DNA from: Terriglobia bacterium | Lineage (GTDB): Bacteria > Acidobacteriota > Terriglobia > Acidiferrales > UBA7541 | Assembly: GCA_963695545.1 (NCBI GenBank) | Contig: OY968796.1 | Span: 3,872,001-3,936,000 of the forward strand | Direction: 5' to 3' | DNA: 64,000 nt | In this document: one piece after another, positions 59,940-64,000 of the stretch | How the letters are laid out: each line of letters opens with the position of its first letter | Position numbering within the stretch: the first letter of the stretch is position 1 | Translations under genes and position numbers: made by a program | Notes under the pieces: generated by a model | The model's input: only the letters and a program-made list of their open reading frames with translations | Database searches by the model: none | Told to the model about the DNA's origin: nothing

Positions 59940-61124
59940 CTACCGGCGCGCGGGCGCTTCGGCGCCACGCAACTGGCCGGCCTCGCGCCGCAGAGCCTCT
60001 GCCTTGTCGGTGCGCTCCCACGTGAAGCTCGGCTCGGTGCGGCCGAAGTGGCCGTAGTTTGACGTGGCGCGATAAATCGGTCGGCGAAGATCGAGCGTCT
60101 CGATGATGCGGCGCGGAGTCAATTGGAATGTGCTGCGGATCAGGTCGGTCAACTGCTCATCGGGAATCGTGCCGGTGCCGAATGTGTCCGCCATCACGGA
60201 AACCGGTTCGGCCACGCCAATGGCGTAAGCGAGTTGCACTTCGACTTTGCGCGCAAGGCCAGCGGCCACCAGATTCTTCGCAACGTAACGCGCCATATAG
60301 CAAGCCGAACGGTCGACCTTGGTCGGATCCTTGCCCGAAAACGCACCGCCGCCGTGCCGCCCGTAGCCCCCGTAAGTGTCCACGATGATCTTGCGGCCCG
60401 TCACGCCGGCGTCGCCCATCGGTCCGCCGACCACGAACTTGCCGGTAGGATTGATGTGAATCTTGGTGTCGCGGTCCATCAGGGATTCGGGGATCACCTT
60501 GCGAATCACGTCGCGCGTGATCACTTCGTGCAGCACTTTATTGGAAACGTCTTCGGCGTGCTGCGTGGAAACAACCACGGCGTCCACGCGCTCCGGCCGG
60601 CCGTTCACGTACTGCACTGTGACTTGGGATTTTCCGTCCGGCCGCAGGAAATCAACTTGGCCGCTCTTGCGCACTTCAGAAAGGCGCCGAACCAGCTTGT
60701 GCGCCAGCATAATCGGCAGAGGCATGAGCTCGTCGGTCTCATCGCAGGCGTAGCCGAACATCAGGCCCTGATCGCCGGCGCCGCCGGTGTCCACGCCCAT
60801 GGCGATGTCGGGCGACTGGCGCTTCAGAGAGGAGAGCACGCCGCAGGTGTCTGCGTCGAAACCAAAATCCGAGTGCGTGTAGCCCACGCTGCGCACCACA
60901 TCGCGCACGATGTCGCAATAATCGAGCACCGCGCTAGTAGTGATTTCTCCCGCGACCACGACCAATCCCGTGGTCACCAGCGTCTCGCAGGCCACGCGCC
61001 CCATCTTGTCCTGGGAAAGCACGCCGTCGAGAACGGCGTCGGAAACCTGATCGGCGATCTTGTCGGGGTGACCCTCTGTAACCGACTCGGAAGTAAACAG
61101 AAAGCTGCGCTTTGATTCGCTCAA
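59940..61124 (-). CDS. metK: Methionine adenosyltransferase
   Basis: Motifs [19 protein letters not shown] and [12 protein letters not shown] start after GGGAGG. Confidence 0.97.
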   Translation of the reverse strand: MSESKRSFLFTSESVTEGHPDKIADQVSDAVLDGVLSQDKMGRVACETLVTTGLVVVAGEITTSAVLDYCDIVRDVVRSVGYTHSDFGFDADTCGVLSSLKRQSPDIAMGVDTGGAGDQGLMFGYACDETDELMPLPIMLAHKLVRRLSEVRKSGQVDFLRPDGKSQVTVQYVNGRPERVDAVVVSTQHAEDVSNKVLHEVITRDVIRKVIPESLMDRDTKIHINPTGKFVVGGPMGDAGVTGRKIIVDTYGGYGRHGGGAFSGKDPTKVDRSACYMARYVAKNLVAAGLARKVEVQLAYAIGVAEPVSVMADTFGTGTIPDEQLTDLIRSTFQLTPRRIIETLDLRRPIYRATSNYGHFGRTEPSFTWERTDKAEALRREAGQLRGAEAPARR

Positions 61125-61201
61125 ACCCGTGCCTCCCAAAGGTTTCTGCACAGACCGCCGGTCCATTGGACCGCCAGGGGGGACCCCATTGCAGAAAACG
61201 T

Positions 61202-61230
61202 ACTGTAACACGCGGTTTTCGCGGTGTCAA
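61202..61230 (-). promoter_or_regulatory. sigma-70-type promoter of metK-ahcY
   Basis: TTGACA-17bp-TACAGT. Confidence 0.7.
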
Positions 61231-61452
61231 CGCGATGCGTCCAAACGGTGCTGGAGCGCTCTGAATAGCCGCAATATGGGGTTGAAAGGGCGGGACTTAC
61301 AGGCGGAAGTGCCCTATTTTGAGGCCGTCCGTCCCAGACGGACGCCATGCCCTCGGCGCACGCTCGCCGCGACTCTACCCTTTGGCTGTGGAGCGGGCGA
61401 CGAACAAACGATAATCCATGACAAATTGCATCGCGTGGGGTAACTTGGACCT

Positions 61453-61719
61453 ATGGATACCGTGGACGTAAAGTTGCCGTCGGAACTGCTGAGGGTCGCA
61501 AATTTGGAGCAAAGCAGCCTTTCGCAAGAGGCCGCTCGATTGCTGGCCCTCGAACTTTATCGCGAGGATAAACTCTCGCTCGGACGCGCTGCGGAGCTGT
61601 GTCAAACGCCCTTGGCGGCCTTCATGGATTTCGCCGCGAAACACGCTGTTCACCCGCTGCGGTACAGTTTTGAGGACCTGGAAGAAGAGCGCCGGACTGC
61701 TGAACGTATCAAAGCGTGA
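61453..61719 (+). CDS. UPF0175-family HTH antitoxin
   Basis: LALELYREDKLSLGRAAEL. Confidence 0.85.
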   Translation: MDTVDVKLPSELLRVANLEQSSLSQEAARLLALELYREDKLSLGRAAELCQTPLAAFMDFAAKHAVHPLRYSFEDLEEERRTAERIKA

Positions 61720-61829
61720 CCTCTGTAGCAGACTCGTCGCCGCTTGTTATCTTGACCAAACTCGGTTGTCTCGATTTCCTCAACCGCGTTTTTCCACGAC
61801 TCTACATCGGCAAGGATATACTTGGCTGA
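61716..61829 (+). pseudogene. Truncated PIN-domain toxin (DUF3368-like)
   Basis: GTG overlaps the antitoxin stop. VTSVADSSPLVILTKLGCLDFLNRVFPRLYI breaks at 61808 and stops after 37 aa. Confidence 0.75.
61809..61826 (+). mobile_element. Probable terminal inverted repeat of an IS1595-like element with passenger genes
   Basis: GGCAAGGATATACTTGGC begins exactly at the toxin breakpoint, and GC content drops downstream. Family assignment is from recalled resemblance only. Confidence 0.4.
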
Positions 61830-61843
61830 CCCATGGGGTCCTC

Positions 61844-62503
61844 CTATGGAAAGAGACCATTGAGAAGTGCCCTAAGAGGGTCGAATGACGCGTGGGCCAG
61901 TTCAACCGGGCAGTTTTTCTCTTCAAGAAGATAGGACAAGCTAACCCCTGGATTCCGGTGCTGCGAAGCCGCGATCAGGGCGCGCAGTCGCAGCTTGGAA
62001 TGGCGCGTTTCTCCGCGCTCGGCACCATTGACGCACTCGCAAAATTCCGAGACGCACCTAACAGAGTCTGCTGCGTATCTTTCTTCAAAACTCGGGAGAA
62101 GCAACGTGTCGAGACACCCTGGTTGATCAGAGCCCGGAATAAGCACAACCGCGGTAGCCGGAGAGCCGGTGGTTGTGATCAAGTCAACCGTCGTGGGAAC
62201 CGGATATTGCTTTGCCGGGTTTTCAATATTTGCCCGGGCAAACGCGACGCAACCCTCGTTGAAAGCCGCGACGGGGTTATCGTCGGCGTCGATTACTAGA
62301 ACGACGCGCGTAATCTTTTCGAATTCAGCCTGGAGTCCAACAAGACGTTTGTATATCGCGGAGATACCAAGTCCCTCAACCTCTTTCTGGGGACAGGCAA
62401 CGTTGACGGCCTTACCACTATGCGCAAGCAAGCGGGACAGGAAAACTTCGTCTGCCTTCCCCTCGCAGACGATCTGATAGGGAGAATCGATTACTTTTGG
62501 CAT
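61844..62503 (-). CDS. TOPRIM-fold protein (DUF3226-like)
   Basis: IVCEGKADE and VLVIDADD (TOPRIM Glu and DxD), plus PGSDQPGCLDTLL. Confidence 0.72.
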   Translation of the reverse strand: MPKVIDSPYQIVCEGKADEVFLSRLLAHSGKAVNVACPQKEVEGLGISAIYKRLVGLQAEFEKITRVVLVIDADDNPVAAFNEGCVAFARANIENPAKQYPVPTTVDLITTTGSPATAVVLIPGSDQPGCLDTLLLPSFEERYAADSVRCVSEFCECVNGAERGETRHSKLRLRALIAASQHRNPGVSLSYLLEEKNCPVELAHASFDPLRALLNGLFP

Positions 62504-63558
62504 CACTTACGGACGTCTATATCCTGTTCGATTGCGGCGACGGAAGAAACACCTTCGATTTGGCGCATCGAGCATTCCCCATCACGAAACCTTGTCTTAA
62601 GCATGGAAAGATCGGTAGGCCGTGATTGCATGACTTTGGCCACAGCTTTCAGAAATTCCCAGCTATGCGTGGACGCGAAGAGTTGGACCTTATACGAATC
62701 GCAGAACTCCACGAGAGTCGCAAACATCTTCTCGTAATCAAGAAAATAGAAACCGTTGTCAATTTCATCGACAAGGAGCGCCCCGCCCGGATTAAGACAA
62801 ACCCCCAGCAACAAGCCTACGAACTTATTTATTCCGGAAGAGACGAGCGCTAGCGGTATTTTGGCTTTGAGTCCTCGAACCAATGTCCATATTTGCTGTT
62901 GTCCCGAGATGCTTTCTGAACTTAGATCAAAAATATCGGGATAGATTTTGTTTATCGTCCGAACGATGTTTTCTTTCTCCCCGCGAATGCTAAGCATCGA
63001 CAGTCGCTCCGACGTTTCTTTGGAACCAGTCTGCGCCGAAGCTGCAAAGTAAATTCCTGGATACAAGGGGGGCGGAGCCTGCGCCACTATCTGCCCATTT
63101 ACAATCATTAGAGGACAATCGAATTCGTTCTCGCCGACCTTCCAGCGGAAGTGTATGGGATGCACCATCGGATTGGCCGCCGGATGAGAGCCCAACATTT
63201 CCATACTGGCCTGGGCAGTAGACCCATAGGCGATATTCAGATGCCGCGAACCCAACTCAGAGTCCATGATTTGAATAAGAGCGCCAGATTCCAAAGAGGG
63301 ATTGTGGAAAACGTCTCTGAAAAATGCCTCGTAACTCAGCCTGTCGCCGCTCAACTGGATTTGCTGCTCGCCCATTCCACGAAAATGTCGCATCCGGAAA
63401 TATATTTCTGGACTGATGCCGCACTGAATCCAGAGTGCCTCTAGGAACGCAGTCTTTCCGCTCCCGCTCTCACCTATCAGGACGTTAAAGCGTGGAAGAT
63501 TGGCCAACGATACGTTTTTGAATCCGCGAAAATTTGAAATCTCCAGAGACTCAATCAT
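62503..63558 (-). CDS. ABC-type ATPase (AAA_15/AAA_21-like)
   Basis: IESLEISNFRGF, Walker A GESGSGKT, SSG signature, Walker B LLVDEIDNG and H-loop STHS. Confidence 0.9.
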   Translation of the reverse strand: MIESLEISNFRGFKNVSLANLPRFNVLIGESGSGKTAFLEALWIQCGISPEIYFRMRHFRGMGEQQIQLSGDRLSYEAFFRDVFHNPSLESGALIQIMDSELGSRHLNIAYGSTAQASMEMLGSHPAANPMVHPIHFRWKVGENEFDCPLMIVNGQIVAQAPPPLYPGIYFAASAQTGSKETSERLSMLSIRGEKENIVRTINKIYPDIFDLSSESISGQQQIWTLVRGLKAKIPLALVSSGINKFVGLLLGVCLNPGGALLVDEIDNGFYFLDYEKMFATLVEFCDSYKVQLFASTHSWEFLKAVAKVMQSRPTDLSMLKTRFRDGECSMRQIEGVSSVAAIEQDIDVRK

Positions 63559-63617
63559 CAGATAGTCCTTCGCGACCTCGCGGTAGTCTTGGACGAGCGG
63601 GAATTGACTTTTCAGAG

Positions 63618-63836
63618 ATGACACGGCGCACTCCTAATGCTGTTTCACGAAAGCCGCTACTCTCCGAACCTTCCGCCGAGAACGAACAGAGCGAATGTGC
63701 GACGTTTGGCGACGCACTGGAGAAGGTTTTATCCGTCTCCCCTTCCAAAGTAAAGCGGCAAATCGAAAACACGAAGCCTAAGAGAAAAGCACCCGCCTTT
63801 CCTCCTTCCGGGCGGGTGACGCGGCCCTCGATCTGA
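63618..63836 (+). CDS. Small hypothetical protein
   Basis: 72 aa with FGDALEKVLSVSPSKVK, reminiscent of small ORFs within IS1595-type elements. Confidence 0.3.
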   Translation: MTRRTPNAVSRKPLLSEPSAENEQSECATFGDALEKVLSVSPSKVKRQIENTKPKRKAPAFPPSGRVTRPSI

Positions 63837-64000
63837 ATGTGGCCTGAACTTCGCGGAGCAAAGGGCGGTGCAGTCCAATTTCAAATCTGCTCTCAGCGCT
63901 TCCGCAATTCGAATGAATTTCCACAGCCTATTCGAATAGCCTATGAATTACTATTGCCGGGAAGTTTATAGATGTGCTATCCTTTAGTATGAGCTGCAAA

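Overview
High-GC chromosomal window, most likely from an Acidobacteriota genome (inferred from gene families and repeats, not verified). In order: a partial Ser/Thr kinase; two tandem divergent modules, each a GNAT-like/LuxR-HTH regulator paired with a PEP-CTERM protein and sharing a conserved intergenic block; ribA and thiS. Next come two convergent complex I (nuo) operons that both lack nuoB and nuoI. One has a fused nuoEF. The other lacks nuoEFG, has an antisense B12 radical SAM gene where nuoB would sit, and runs directly into the Fo genes atpZ-I-B-E. Then a frameshifted proC and molybdenum cofactor genes split by a repeat-rich island of small genes (REP pair, 39-bp periodic repeats, IS30-derived MITE, dif-like motifs); purA; a 62-aa minimal PEP-CTERM gene with a sigma-54 promoter; and housekeeping genes (msrA, trxA, glgA, rsmA, purU, tldD/E, ahcY, metK). 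At the right end, a PIN toxin gene is truncated by a probable mobile element carrying an ABC-ATPase plus TOPRIM pair. No rRNA, tRNA or CRISPR array was seen. The best candidate for an undescribed system is the regulator/PEP-CTERM module pair.
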